The notes: generated by a model from the sequence alone, not told the origin. A stretch of DNA of 61,800 bases, filler included, from Squatina squatina (GCA_031763465.1; 4 parts of 4 records of this genome joined end to end with filler, not necessarily neighbours in it), one strand, 5' to 3'; counted from the first letter of the whole stretch, positions 23,536-36,029 are shown. Translations and numbers: made by a program.

Positions 23536-24697
23536 GGACTCACGGAGTTTCCAGGTGATTATCATCGGCTCCGATGTGGTTATGCTCACAACCAGTAACG
23601 AAGCAACGTGTTTCTGAATAGTGGGGAGACCTGCAGCGCAGTGTGGTTGCAAGCCACAACAACCGGGGTAGTGCCCACGTGCAAACCACGCATACAAGAA
23701 CGTTTCTCATGAGGCGCTGGCAGCAATGCTTGGGAGACCAATCATCCAAGCCGGGAGGGTTGGGAACCCGACTCCAGACCTCTGGTAATGGGAGGATCTG
23801 TGGGGCTTGCAGAGTCAGAATGAAGAATTCCAAGAGATACAAGCTCACTATTCCACTTCTGTATCAATAAGGCATTTATGACATAAGCAATCTCAGGAAA
23901 TCAAGACAACCTTTCAAAGATATTAATTATATAGAGCAATGATATGAATTAGTTTTATTTTACCTTAACAAAAATATCAAAAGTTGCTTAGTCCTTTTTA
24001 CATCTTACCTTCTGCACTTTTTGTGCATTTATTTTTTTTTCTCTCTGGCAATCTCCAGTTGGAAGGACTGCTTTTCAGAAATGAATTACAAAAGAAACGC
24101 ACATAATATTTTATAAGTTGCCATGCCGTAAGCATATGATGTGATATGATGGACTGTTTTTTTTTAAAGAAAGCACCCACGTTATTCTACACCTTCAGTT
24201 TACCAATACGTGTTCAGCCTCTTTTACCAATAGCTTCGTTAATACTTGAGTGTATTTTAAAGTAGAGCATACAAGTCATAGCAATTTTTTTTAAAACAAG
24301 ACATGTTCCTCTAACGCAATTATCTCAAATAATGTGTTTCATTTTTTTTTGTTTGAATTATGCAAATGGAATCGAGAAAAAAAAAACACTACTTGTTGCA
24401 TTTTGCACTTGCCAAAGGCACTCAGACTAATTGGCATCAAGTAAACACACCATCAGATATTTAAAAGCACGTGGCTTTCCTCAGGTACTGCTTGCTGTCA
24501 AAGTTCGAGAAGAGAATCCTTAATGATGCTCCGTCAATATTACGCCTGAGTAGCATGATCCAGTTGTCATGACAAGATATTTTGTAAATATTTTACGAAC
24601 TTAAGTAACTTTTTTTGCACAAGAATTCTTTTTAAGTTTCATTCCTGAAAAAAGAAATTTGATTTTGGAGCCGTAAAAGATAGTTCCTTTTGGTGAT

Positions 24698-24919
24698 TTA
24701 ATTGATCTGGCGACACGCTTCAAATGTCCACTTGGTAGCGCCACCATAGATGTCGACGTTGGCCTCAGTCCATGCAATGACATTGCCCACCAAGGTCTTG
24801 GCGCTGCAGTTTGCCAGGCTGTACACTTCTCCTGGAGTTAACACCCGATCCCACATGTGAAAGTGGGACATCTCGCCTACAAAGGCCTGTGTGGCATCAA
24901 ACCCACCTCCGAGTGTATC
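24698..24919 (-). CDS. NPTX1: Neuronal pentraxin 1, last exon (DTLGGGFDATQAFVGEMSHFHMWDRVLTPGEVYSLANCSAKTLVGNVIAWTEANVDIYGGATKWTFEACRQIN*)
   Basis: Translated by hand (absent from the ORF track). tattAG acceptor, TAA stop; the C-terminus EACRQIN is NPTX1-specific. Confidence 0.95.
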   Translation of the reverse strand, partial: DTLGGGFDATQAFVGEMSHFHMWDRVLTPGEVYSLANCSAKTLVGNVIAWTEANVDIYGGATKWTFEACRQIN

Positions 24920-26098
24920 CTAATATAGAAGGGAAGAACAAGAACAATTTCAGCAACTGCAATGTTGCCTCTGTCCACTTGTCTGTCACCCCCGTCCCCA
25001 CTCCGTGCACCACATGCCAGTTCCTGGGCCTGACAAAGCTGAAACCAAGAATGGCCCCAGATGATACTGGTGCTGATTTCCCTCTCTCACTGTGTGTCCG
25101 ACCTCTGTCCCACGCCTCTCCAAAGTACCATCTGTGCAGGACCTGTCCTGCTCCTCCACGATAATAACGCCAGTTATTGAGACAATGTTCAATGTAATTC
25201 ACCCACCACGCTCTGCAGGTTAAATTATTTTAAATGCATCCCAATCGCTTCCCCTTTATGCTGCAATGTCCAAGAATCCATTCATTTGCTAGAAGCTGTT
25301 TATTATGTATTGTTGATTATAATCACTGTGGAACATTACTACAGAGCAAGTAAGTCTGTTTACACAGCATAACTCCCACTCTACAACTGAATTTACCAGC
25401 AGGCGATGAGTAACTCTGTGTACGGGTATCTTGGCAGGATTTCAACGTTGCTTTCAAAGGAGAGAGAGCGAGAGAGGGCAGAAGGTTTGCTGAACTCAAA
25501 CCATTTAAACTATCCTGGTTTATCAACGCCATTGGAACCCAAGGCTCCACACCTCCCAGACATTTCTTTTTGTTTAGGAACAGATAATATTTCGAGGAAT
25601 GCAGGAACATCAGCAGAACTTACACCTAATTGACTTTACTTACCTAACCCCGAATAGGTGGAGAATGCACGCAAAGATCACATGGTGAATGATTCGGGGA
25701 AATGGATCGCCTGCTTGGGGCGCTCGAACCCGTTTGTGAGTGGTCCACTGGGTGTGAATAGGCCAACTCATTCATTGCTGTCAGTNNNNNNNNNNTGTCC
25801 ACCCACACTGTCCACAGACTCAGTGTTGTTGTGAGAGTATTTTAATTTGAGTTTTTGTCAGTGTAGCCAATTTGTTAGCATGTGTTCTGCTTCTCTCAGT
25901 GCTGCTCACTGCCCTCTGTCGCTGGGTTAACCTTGCAGCTGGAAGGTTATTTCGGACATCTCTGGCATTTGCATCACACGGTCAGTACACGTGTGGAGCA
26001 ATCCAGCTGGATGGTCACTCAGCTAACTGTCTCAGTCCAACATCTGGCAGCGTGAGCAGCGCTCTTTGTTTTTTTTTCTATGTCGGACAGGTACCTAC

Positions 26099-26211
26099 CT
26101 GTTCTTGGCCCAAAACCATGACTCCACCCGGTTTAATGGGGTGCCACGGGGCTAGATTTTCACCGTTGCCTCTCTTCAGCCCGTCTTGATAGGCCTCCCA
26201 AACGCCATCTC
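26099..26211 (-). CDS. NPTX1: NPTX1 exon 4, 3' part (DGVWEAYQDGLKRGNGENLAPWHPIKPGGVMVLGQEQ)
   Basis: Pentraxin LGQEQ motif; GTaggt donor in phase with the last exon; 5' part in gap. Confidence 0.93.
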
Positions 26212-27160
26212 NNNNNNNNNNNNNNNNNNNNNNNNNNNNNNNNNNNNNNNNNNNNNNNNNNNNNNNNNNNNNNNNNNNNNNNNNNNNNNNNNNNNNNNNN
26301 NNNNNNNNNNNNNNNNNNNNNNNNNNNNNNNNNNNNNNNNNNNNNNNNNNNNNNNNNNNNNNNNNNNNNNNNNNNNNNNNNNNNNNNNNNNNNNNNNNNN
26401 NNNNNNNNNNNNNNNNNNNNNNNNNNNNNNNNNNNNNNNNNNNNNNNNNNNNNNNNNNNNNNNNNNNNNNNNNNNNNNNNNNNNNNNNNNNNNNNNNNNN
26501 NNNNNNNNNNNNNNNNNNNNNNNNNNNNNNNNNNNNNNNNNNNNNNNNNNNNNNNNNNNNNNNNNNNNNNNNNNNNNNNNNNNNNNNNNNNNNNNNNNNN
26601 NNNNNNNNNNNNNNNNNNNNNNNNNNNNNNNNNNNNNNNNNNNNNNNNNNNNNNNNNNNNNNNNNNNNNNNNNNNNNNNNNNNNNNNNNNNNNNNNNNNN
26701 NNNNNNNNNNNNNNNNNNNNNNNNNNNNNNNNNNNNNNNNNNNNNNNNNNNNNNNNNNNNNNNNNNNNNNNNNNNNNNNNNNNNNNNNNNNNNNNNNNNN
26801 NNNNNNNNNNNNNNNNNNNNNNNNNNNNNNNNNNNNNNNNNNNNNNNNNNNNNNNNNNNNNNNNNNNNNNNNNNNNNNNNNNNNNNNNNNNNNNNNNNNN
26901 NNNNNNNNNNNNNNNNNNNNNNNNNNNNNNNNNNNNNNNNNNNNNNNNNNNNNNNNNNNNNNNNNNNNNNNNNNNNNNNNNNNNNNNNNNNNNNNNNNNN
27001 NNNNNNNNNNNNNNNNNNNNNNNNNNNNNNNTGAATGGCGGAATAGACTCGAGGGGCTGAATGGCCTCCTCCTGCCCCAAAGATTTAGCACCTCACAGCT
27101 GAATATCGCCATGAAAGCGGCGCATGATGCACCTTAGCTGATGGGTCACCGCTCCTCTAC

Positions 27161-27405
27161 CTTGTCATTGATCAGAATCTCCATCGGGTTATTCCCCCAC
27201 TCGATGAGAACCAGCTCGTTGGCTTGTCCCGGGACAGCATAGGAGAACGGGGTCCCAACCCCAGGGGAAGCGCTGGACTTGAGCCACATGCAGACAGTCA
27301 TGGCATACATCTCCGGCAGGCTCTTCTTCACCTTGGCGTACATGTAGTTCGTTCTCAAGGGGAAGGTGATTTGGAACTTATCTGTCGGTCTTGAATTTCT
27401 TTGCC
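27161..27405 (-). CDS. NPTX1: NPTX1 exon 3 (GQRNSRPTDKFQITFPLRTNYMYAKVKKSLPEMY...MEILINDK)
   Basis: T-tract plus gcAG acceptor, GTagag donor, 245 nt. Start of the pentraxin domain, nearly identical to NPTX1. Confidence 0.95.
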
Positions 27406-28484
27406 CTGCAAAAAAAAAATAAAGGAATAAGGAATGCTCTGCACGGGTGCACATCTTAATGCCTTTAAAGTCATGGAACTGGGATCTAACCCCGTTGTGA
27501 AAACGGTGCATCTGAAGCAATGCCTAATCCCCGCTGTGTGTAAGAGAGATACCGTGTGTTTTAGTGTGGATCTAGTGCATTATTCAGAAACTGGATCACC
27601 AACATTTCTTATATAACTGCCACTCCAGATTAATTCCCATCAACATATCCCGCAGTATAATCCCAGTCATGTGAGCGGCGTCCTGGGATTTCTTTCATTC
27701 CATTATAGCAGGAACCCGCTGCGCAATCCATATTGCAGCAAGCAGCACGGGGTGGGGGCGGTCGCTGCACTCAACCATCCGGAGGAAGTTTTGTCAAGGA
27801 GATTGCTCACTGTGCCGGAATACTGCCGTAGTGCGCCTGTGGCTCAGGCAGAAGCCAGCACCGAAGGCTGGAAGCGCCTCTTCGGCCACCGCATTTCCCC
27901 TACAGAACCCGACCGCGGCCCACGGACTAAATCACGTGCAAGAGGGGCAACAAAACAGGAGTTGAGGAGGAGGACTGGCAATACAGAATTTCTGCACATT
28001 GTAATAACGACCCTTTTAATCTTTATCAAATGAGATTGCAATCTATCCGGCTTGCAGCAGTGCACATGAATATGATAATCATAGTGTCAGGTCATCAGTC
28101 ATTGGGTGTAATATATTGCCATCTCTCTCTCTAGCTTCCCCTACACTTCCTCCCACCAGTGTCCTCTTAACCGAAAATCTGNNNNNNNNNNNNNNNNNNN
28201 NNNNNNNNNNNNNNNNNNNNNNNNNNNNNNNNNNNNNNNNNNNNNNNNNNNNNNNNNNNNNNNNNNNNNNNNNNNNNNNNNNNNNNNNNNNNNNNNNNNN
28301 NNNNNNNNNNNNNNNNNNNNNNNNNNNNNNNNNNNNNNNNNNNNNNNNNNNNNNNNNNNNNNNNNNNNNNNNNNNNNNNNNNNNNNNNNNNNNNNNNNNN
28401 NNNNNNNNNNNNNNNNNNNNNNNNNNNNNNNNNNNACACATAACACACTTATGTTCATATTTCCATGATCTTTTAAAGAATAAT

Positions 28485-28815
28485 AAAGAAAGGACTTGCA
28501 TTTATACAGTGCATTACACAATTATAGGATGTAGCCAATTAAGTACTTTTGAAGTGTAGTCACTGTTGTGATTTAGGAAGCACGGTAGTCAATACGGCCA
28601 AGGCATGGGAGAGCTACCCTTTTTGAATCGTGCCATGGGATCTTTTACATCCACCTAAGAGAGCATACTCTGTTTAACATCTCATCTGAAAGACAGCACC
28701 TTTGACTCATTACTGCACTGGAGTGGTGGCCTAGATTTTGTGCACAAATCGCTGGAGTGGGACTTGAACCCACAACCTTCTGACTCTTGAGGCAAGAGTG
28801 CTACCTTTAGGCCAC
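28485..28815 (-). mobile_element. SacSINE1-like SINE with internal deletions
   Basis: Reverse complement of the 1890-2329 tail, Deu core and B-box. Confidence 0.8.
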
Positions 28816-29110
28816 GTTATTTAATTTGCTCCCAGATTGCATGTATCTTTGGGCACACAACGCAGGGAATTCCAAGCCTAGATGTTTTACTTGCTGGTAG
28901 ATGGGTGTTTCATTGAAGAAATATTTCAGCATTAATTCTGTTGAGAATAACTTTTATTTCTCATTAAAATAGTATATATTTGATAAGGGGTCTACTCGAT
29001 CTATTGCAATCGGTCATTGTGTTAATTAATGTCCGATTGGGTCGTCTCAACATTTGATTTTCTAATGTGATTTGACGACATTCAGAAGTTTAATTTCTAC
29101 TTATATTTAC

Positions 29111-29560
29111 CTCTAAATTCTCCAGGCGTGTTTTGAGTGATTGTAAAGTTTGCCCAAGTTGGTTTAGTGTGTCCGCTTGAGCTAGAGACAGATCTGCCAT
29201 GGCATGTCTACTGTTCCCTGACTGCTCGCTGCCGAATCCCTGCCTGGGTTTGCTTTCACTCACCGAGGGCTCGGACATACTCTGACTCTCGCACCGACTA
29301 CGCTTGGAGGTGAGTTCCCTGATGGTCTCCTTTTGATTCATGATCGTTTCCTTCTGTTGCAGGATGGTCTCCCGGAGCTGGAGGATGGTCCCCTTGATGT
29401 CGTCCACCGGGCCGCTGTTCTGCATCGGGGCAGAGCACATCGGGTCCATGTCCAGGGGGATGGAGGTGCAGATAAAACGCGTCTGGGCGAAGTCTTGCGC
29501 CGCCGCTCGGGCCACGAGGAAGGCGAGGGCGAGCAACCTGCCAAAGGCTCCGCCGGAGAT
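29111..29560 (-). CDS. NPTX1: NPTX1 exon 1: signal peptide and coiled coil (start codon reads ATC)
   Basis: SGGAFGRLLALAFLVARAAA|QDFAQTRFICTS...LQLRETILQQKETIMNQKETIRELT...LKTRLENLE, then GTaaat donor. No in-frame ATG is visible before the gap. Confidence 0.9.
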
Positions 29561-30299
29561 GGTTTTGGGAGGTGGGTGGTGGGGGTAGGGGAGGGGGGGG
29601 AGGGGGGTAGGAGGGANNNNNNNNNNNNNNNNNNNNNNNNNNNNNNNNNNNNNNNNNNNNNNNNNNNNNNNNNNNNNNNNNNNNNNNNNNNNNNNNNNNN
29701 NNNNNNNNNNNNNNNNAATAACTGCAAAAACACAACAAGGAAACAAGGAAAAAGATTAAACAAATCACAGCCGGTTTGAATCACAACTTTGACCTCACAT
29801 TCAAAGGCACCTGTCCTTTTGGGTGAATTTTACTAATCTCCATCCAGACTAACAGATGGCGCGCTGTGCAGAAGCAAAGTAATCCACGCCGTTGTGAGGG
29901 GAGGAATGTAAAAACAATTGGCAAGGCCGGCCTTCAAAGTGCACCTCCTGTCAGCAGATAGTAGAATAGCATCAATAGCAGCTGTGAAGAAGTCTGGAGC
30001 CCAGAGTAGAGCAGACCTCCCTCTGGACTGAAGGCGGAAGTTGGGGAAACAAAGATACACTTTTAAAGCCTGCTTAAAATATCTCATTTGCCCTGCTAGT
30101 TTAACACCTACCTACATGTAACATGCTCTGTTTTAACTAGATTGTAGCCTGCAGACTCTGAGTTTGCTTTTCAATGTCATTAGCCAGCTTTATTCCTAAC
30201 TATTATGGATGACTTTCCTTACTACGTTTGGTATATTTTATGATAATGTTACTTTGTACTATTCTCAAAAATATTTTAAATGCAGAAATATACTATATG

Positions 30300-30442
30300 A
30301 AAGAAAGACTTGCATTTATATAGCGTCTTTCATGACCACCAGATCCAAAACGCTTTACAGCCAATGAAGTATTTTTGAAGTGTAGTCACTGTTGTAATGT
30401 GGGAAACACAACAGCCAATTTGCACACAGCAGGCTCCTACAA
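30300..30442 (-). mobile_element. SacSINE1-like 3' tail
   Basis: AAGAAAGACTTGCATTTATATAGCG..GCTTTACAGCC..GTCACTGTTGTAATGTGGGAAAC is the reverse of the 2190-2325 tail. Confidence 0.8.
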
Positions 30443-30681
30443 ACCCTCCGCCAAATCCCCAGGGCCTGATAATATACATCCAAGAGTACTAAAGGAAGCA
30501 GCCATAGAAATAGTGGATGCATTAGTGGTCATCTTCCAAAATTCAATAGACTCTGGAACAGTTCCTACAGATTGGAGAGTGGCTAATGTAACCTCACTAT
30601 TTAAAAAGGGAGGGAGAGAGAAAACAGGGAATTATAGACCGGTTAGCCTAAAATCAGTAGTGGGGAAAATGCTTGAGTCCA
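30443..30681 (+). mobile_element. CR1 LINE reverse transcriptase fragment
   Basis: KSPGPDNIHPRVLKE..DWRVANVT.LFKKG..GNYRPVSL.SVVGKMLES. Confidence 0.92.
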
Positions 30682-30857
30682 NNNNNNNNNNNNNNNNNNN
30701 NNNNNNNNNNNNNNNNNNNNNNNNNNNNNNNNNNNNNNNNNNNNNNNNNNNNNNNNNNNNNNNNNNNNNNNNNNNNNNNNNGGTCAGGAGGCCGCCGCCA
30801 CTTGGAGTCGGCAGTAGCAGGAGGAGGAGGAGGAGGAGTAGTAGTAGCAGCAGCAGC

Positions 30858-31010
30858 ATGGCCAGCCTCAGCCTGCTGGAAGACCTGCTGGAGGAGGACC
30901 CGAGCGACTTGATAGACTGGAATCTTCCAGTGGCTTTCATGAAGAAGCGGCACTCGGAGAAAATCGAGGGCTCCAAGGCGGTCACGCAGAGCTGGCGCAT
31001 GAAAGATCGG
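30858..31010 (+). CDS. RPTOR: Regulatory-associated protein of mTOR, first coding exon
   Basis: DLIDWNLPVAFMKKRHSEKIEGSKAVTQSWRMKDR, then GTaaat. Matches the Raptor N-terminus; divergent from NPTX1 as in mammals. Confidence 0.92.
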
Positions 31011-34000
31011 GTAAATGCCGACATTGACTCGCACCCTTTGATGAGTACACTGGTTCTCTCTCTGCTACCTGACCTACTGGAGGTTATATTCAAATACTCA
31101 CTCATTCACCCTCTCCTATGCAACTTTCCAGTTGCTGGCCCCCAAAGTGTTCTTTACAGTCCAGAATAAAACTTCCAATTCCTATCAACATAGGTTAGTT
31201 TTTAATGAGAAGAAAGCATGAGTGCATGTTTTCCAAATATTTTTACTCGGTAGTCCAGCACTGACTCAGTAGTTTCTTGCTATCAAACTTTGGATGACAA
31301 ATATTGACCATGCTGCTTTGAAACTAAAAACAAACCTTTGTGTTTTGAACAATGGTTGTAACATTTGCTGCGTTTAAATTGGATTATGTCTGNNNNNNNN
31401 NNTTTAAAGGAGGGAGTGGTAAATTTAATTTAAAAGTACATTTCTGTGGAAGCATCTGGAGTTTTGTAGAGTTTAACTTGTCACAATTGATATATTTGCC
31501 AAAAAGTGACCTTGACCAGCCTTAGAATCCTCAATTTTCAATTTATTGATTAGTCATGTATGTTTTCAACACTTAAATCTCAAATAAAAGAATGAAATAC
31601 ATTTTTGTTTTAAAAATAAAGTTCCCCTGCAACTCTTGGTATTAANNNNNNNNNNNNNNNNNNNNNNNNNNNNNNNNNNNNNNNNNNNNNNNNNNNNNNN
31701 NNNNNNNNNNNNNNNNNNNNNNNNNNNNNNNNNNNNNNNNNNNNNTCGAGGGATATGGGAATCACGTGGGAAAGTGGAGTTGAAGTCGAAGATTGAATGG
31801 TGGAGCTGGCTCGAGGGGCTGCATGGTCTACTCCTGCTCTTAGTTTTTGTGGGTTTTGGTGTAGGTTAACCATAACCTGTAAATTGTTAAAATAGAAAGC
31901 CTGTTATTAAATTCACCTGATTTGTATCCTGAGTACCTTTTTGTTATGTAAAGCTCCAAGGAGATGTTGGCTGAACTTTTGTGATCAGCTTATTTTAGTT
32001 TGGTGTTCATTTTTCTGCTACTATCTGCTGTATTCGGTGTATACGACTGAGGAAACAGCAGCAAAGTCTCTTGTGATACCAGGTTATGCTGTCTTTCTAT
32101 TACTGTTACTGGCCATATTGGGACCACTGTTGCAGTCAACAGTACCGCAACGTTAAGTCCGTCTACAGCAGTCTTTTCGGACACCACAAGGGACATTTTC
32201 CAGATAATCTACAGTACTTCATTCCTGCATAAAGCAAGTTGCTGACAGCATGTTTCCCAGGGGGAGCATCTTTTATCAATTTCCCTGTGGAAAGGGCACA
32301 ATAAATGTGGATACTGTCTGACGCAAGCCTTTGCAGCAATAACATGAGGGTGAAAACTCTTAAGAGTTAATATAATGTAGTGTCATGAGCCACATGCTTT
32401 TGCTTCACTGGTGTGCTGCATAAGAGCTATGGCCACAGACCAGTCCTCAAGTTCTTTTTTTCGCCTCTTAGCAGCAGTATATTTTAGCATCTTTTACCCA
32501 AAAAGCTGTGTCGCTGAGCCGTTCAATTCAAATTTGAAATTTCAGCATCAGTATATCTTTACACTGCACAACTTTCTTTTGATTAAAAACTATGCAATGC
32601 TTTCTGAATTATAAGTGCTCTGGTGCACGCCTGCACTGGGCTTTAGGTTTTTCATGTCCTGTTGCAAGGCCTTAGCAGCCTTAAAAGTATCTTTAATGCC
32701 TTCTATCAAAATGCAACTCCAAAGAGTGTGGAACCTGCGTCTATTCAGAAGAGCTTGTTGAAAACTACTAAAATGCTAGAAAGTGATCCTTTAAGACTGG
32801 ATATATTCCCGCAGCAGTAGTTAGCCTGTAGAACCAGGTCAGCAGTCAAAATGGCCATTGAACTACATGCACTGTAGGTCAAAGAAGGATTTGTCTTGTA
32901 GTTGGTGCCGGATTTATCACTGAAGTGCACTTCATATTTTATATGACCAGGGGAAAAAGCACCAGGCTCCACTACAACTGATCAGTTGTGAGAAGTGGAT
33001 AACGACTTGTAAACTGCAGTTGATAGATTTTTGGATATTATGGGAATCCAGGGATATGGAGGGTGCAGTTGAGGTAGAAGATTAGCCACAATCTTATTGA
33101 ATGGTGGAGCAGGCTCAAAGGGCCAAGTAGCCTACTCCTGCTCCTATTTCTTATGTTATGTAGACTCACTCTGCTGCTTGGGGAAGTCTTTTCTCTCTGC
33201 CCGTCTAGTATGTATTGTATGTCATTTCTTCGTGAGGGTCTCCAGCTGAAATTCTGATCCTTTTGAGAAAATGCCTAATAAGTGGGGTAGAAATGCTTAA
33301 AAAAAAAAGTGAAATCAAAAACTCCTCCCAGTATAGTCCCCCAAATGGCCAGTACCGTGCGCAGTTAGCTGATCTTCCTCTAAAGCAAAACCTATTTTCT
33401 TTCAGGATTAAGTAGATCCTTCCATGGCTGGTTTATTTTGTCCAGGACAGAACATTGTAAAACACCTGGGTGAAGTACAGGTGNNNNNNNNNNNNNNNNN
33501 NNNNNNNNNNNNNNNNNNNNNNNNNNNNNNNNNNNNNNNNNNNNNNNNNNNNNNNNNNNNNNNNNNNNNNNNNNNNNNNNNNNGGCCACTTTTTACTGAA
33601 TCATTTATGTGAAATTCAAAAATGGCTGTCGAGGAAAACAAGCTGTCATGCTCAAAATCTCAGCCCAGATTGCTTTGCTTACTTCTGTTTTATACTAACT
33701 TATTGGACTGGATTTCGACAAATGCTAATGTCACAAAATTATCATACACTGACCTCAGCGGCTCCCTAAACCTCATGGTGCTGGCAAAGACAAGACCACC
33801 AGAAGAGTGGGTTCTTCATTGTCTCATTCAGTAGTATAATTGCAAGGAGGTTTCACAACATGAGTGAGACTGAACTTCACTAGTGCTGGTTACAGAAGAG
33901 GCTCTTTAAAAGAACTGAGACTGAAATCCCACATGTCCTATGTTGTAAGCATGAGGAAGCACTTGCATGTGTGCAGTATTGATTTGCAATTCTGTCGGTA

Positions 34001-34824
34001 GAAATGCATACAATCATCAGCTTGTTAAATCTGCTTATGTAGATTTTGTACCATAAACACTAGGTCATAAGTTTGATTTGCATTACCATAGCTAAGTTAT
34101 TTAATGCTATTAATAGGTGGAAATCACAAGTTTTCTTTATCATTTCAGTTGAGTTTTGTTTGAGATGTCCTCGCACATTTATTTTTTGTGGACAGTCGAG
34201 TTGTCTGGTGCTTTTTTTCTCTGTACTTGTCTTGCAGGTGATGCCTCAATGAAGTGAACTCTTCTTTACGCTAATATTGCATTATATACTTGAGTGCCAT
34301 TGATACAATTACAACCATTTAAAATCAAATCAATTGTGTAACTGAAATTTCATCTTAAGAGATGTACTCCAGAAGCCAAATACAAGTGCATTCTTCAAAC
34401 TTGATTTCTGCCCAGTGATGCCTGTTGGAAAATGCATGTGTGGGTGTTCAGGAGGGCACGATCAGACTTTGGTTTGATGGCACTCATGGATGAGAAGCTT
34501 TCCAGGGCTCNNNNNNNNNNNNNNNNNNNNNNNNNNNNNNNNNNNNNNNNNNNNNNNNNNNNNNNNNNNNNNNNNNNNNNNNNNNNNNNNNNNNNNNNNN
34601 NNNNNNNNNNNNNNNNNNNNNNNNNNNNNNNNNNNNNNNNNNNNNNNNNNNNNNNNNNNNNNNNNNNNNNNNNNNNNNNNNNNNNNNNNNNNNNNNNNNN
34701 NNNNNNNNNNNNNNNNNNNNNNNNNNNNNNNNNNNNNNNNNNNNNNNNNNNNNNNNNNNNNNNNNNNNNNNNNNNNNNNNNNNNNNNNNNNNNNNNNNNN
34801 NNNNNNNNNNNNNNNNNNNNNNNN

Positions 34825-35050
34825 CCCAAAGAGTGGTGAGAATGTGGAACTCGCTACCACAGGGAGTGGTTGAAACGAATAGTATTGATGAATTTAAGGG
34901 GAGGCTCGTCAAGCATATGAGGGAGAAGGGAATAGAAGGTTACGCTGATAGACTTAGATGAGGAAAGACGGGAGGAAGCTCGTGTGGATCATAAATGCCG
35001 GCATGGACTGGTTGAGCTGAATGTCCCGATTCTGTGCTGTATATCCTATG
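34825..35050 (+). mobile_element. CR1 LINE 3' end
   Basis: AGAGTGGTGAGAATGTGGAACTCGCTACC..TTTAAGGGGAGGCT..TTCTGTGCTGTA tail. Confidence 0.8.
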
Positions 35051-35647
35051 TAAGGATATAAGGTAAATGCAGGATTGCAATTGACGGTCAAACAGCCCAC
35101 ATTTAGGAAAATGGCCACTTTATGATTCATATGGAATCATACCCTAGCAAGAGTTAACATAGTCAGGAAAATAAAGAAAAGAAAATGAAGTCTTCAGACA
35201 GTTAGCATTTTCAAAAGAAGCTCTCTCCAAATGCTAAACAAAGAACTGCATTGCTATATTATTCATCCCAAATGTTTCTGACAACCTTACTTAATGCAAG
35301 TAGTGAAACATTACTATAATTAATGTGAACAGATGTATAGTCTTACTACTTCCTGTTGGTGTTCTTGGCTAAACATGTATCACCTGAAAAATGTCCCAAA
35401 CTGAAAATGATTTCTTGCTATCTTAATGTTAAATTGATACAATGCAGAATATATTGTCTTTGAAAATGACAGTTGTGATTACTATTTTCTGTGATTAGTG
35501 AAACTGATATGATCCCTTGATAACTTAAAATGCTCTAGTACCTCCAGTTGGTACCATGAATGCAAATTCTTACGTTTGAAGCCATTGAATTCTAATTAAT
35601 TATTTTTACAAGCCCATGAGTTTTGAATAATGGCTTTAACCTTTCAG

Positions 35648-35823
35648 GTTGCAGCTATCAATCCAAATCATCCACTTGCACAGATGCCTTTGCCGCCATC
35701 AATGAAAAACTGTATCCAGCTGGCTGCCTGTGAGGCTACAGAACTTCTGCCCATGAATCCAGATTTACCAGCAGACCTTTTCACTTCATGCCTTACTACA
35801 CCGATCAAAATAGCATTGCGCTG
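35648..35823 (+). CDS. RPTOR: RPTOR internal exon ([59 protein letters not shown])
   Basis: ttcAG acceptor, GTaagt donor, 176 nt. RNC-domain motif [19 protein letters not shown]. Confidence 0.96.
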
Positions 35824-36029
35824 GTAAGTGTCGCTACCCTTAATGATGCCATTTTTTATTCTGTACAATAGTTGCATATTTAAAAAATTTCTGGACTACT
35901 CGAATGGTAATGTAATTATGGAAGATAAAGGTATACTGAAAATATTAAATATTTTGTTTGGTTTTACATCAATGGTGTACATTTGGTGTGTATCAGTGAT
36001 TTAGACTTCAATGCAGGGGCAAGATTAAG

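Noticed and set aside
22355-23617. Long Cys/Val and His/Thr-rich ORFs
   Set aside because: Translations of a (CA)n microsatellite plus N runs.
23537-23620. Possible terminal exon after a CT-rich tract (e.g. ENDOV)
   Set aside because: The pyrimidine tract is a minisatellite and no frame matches a protein I recognise.
26145-26165. MITE-like terminus GGGGCTAGATTTTC
   Set aside because: Lies inside the NPTX1 coding exon (ENLAP); coincidental.
27671-28065. 120-aa ORF antisense within an NPTX1 intron
   Set aside because: No recognisable domain, GTG start and no splice support; length is compatible with chance in moderately GC-rich DNA.
30375-31169. RT-Raptor fusion ORF
   Set aside because: Artefact of translating through a 100-N gap that joins a CR1 fragment to RPTOR exon 1.
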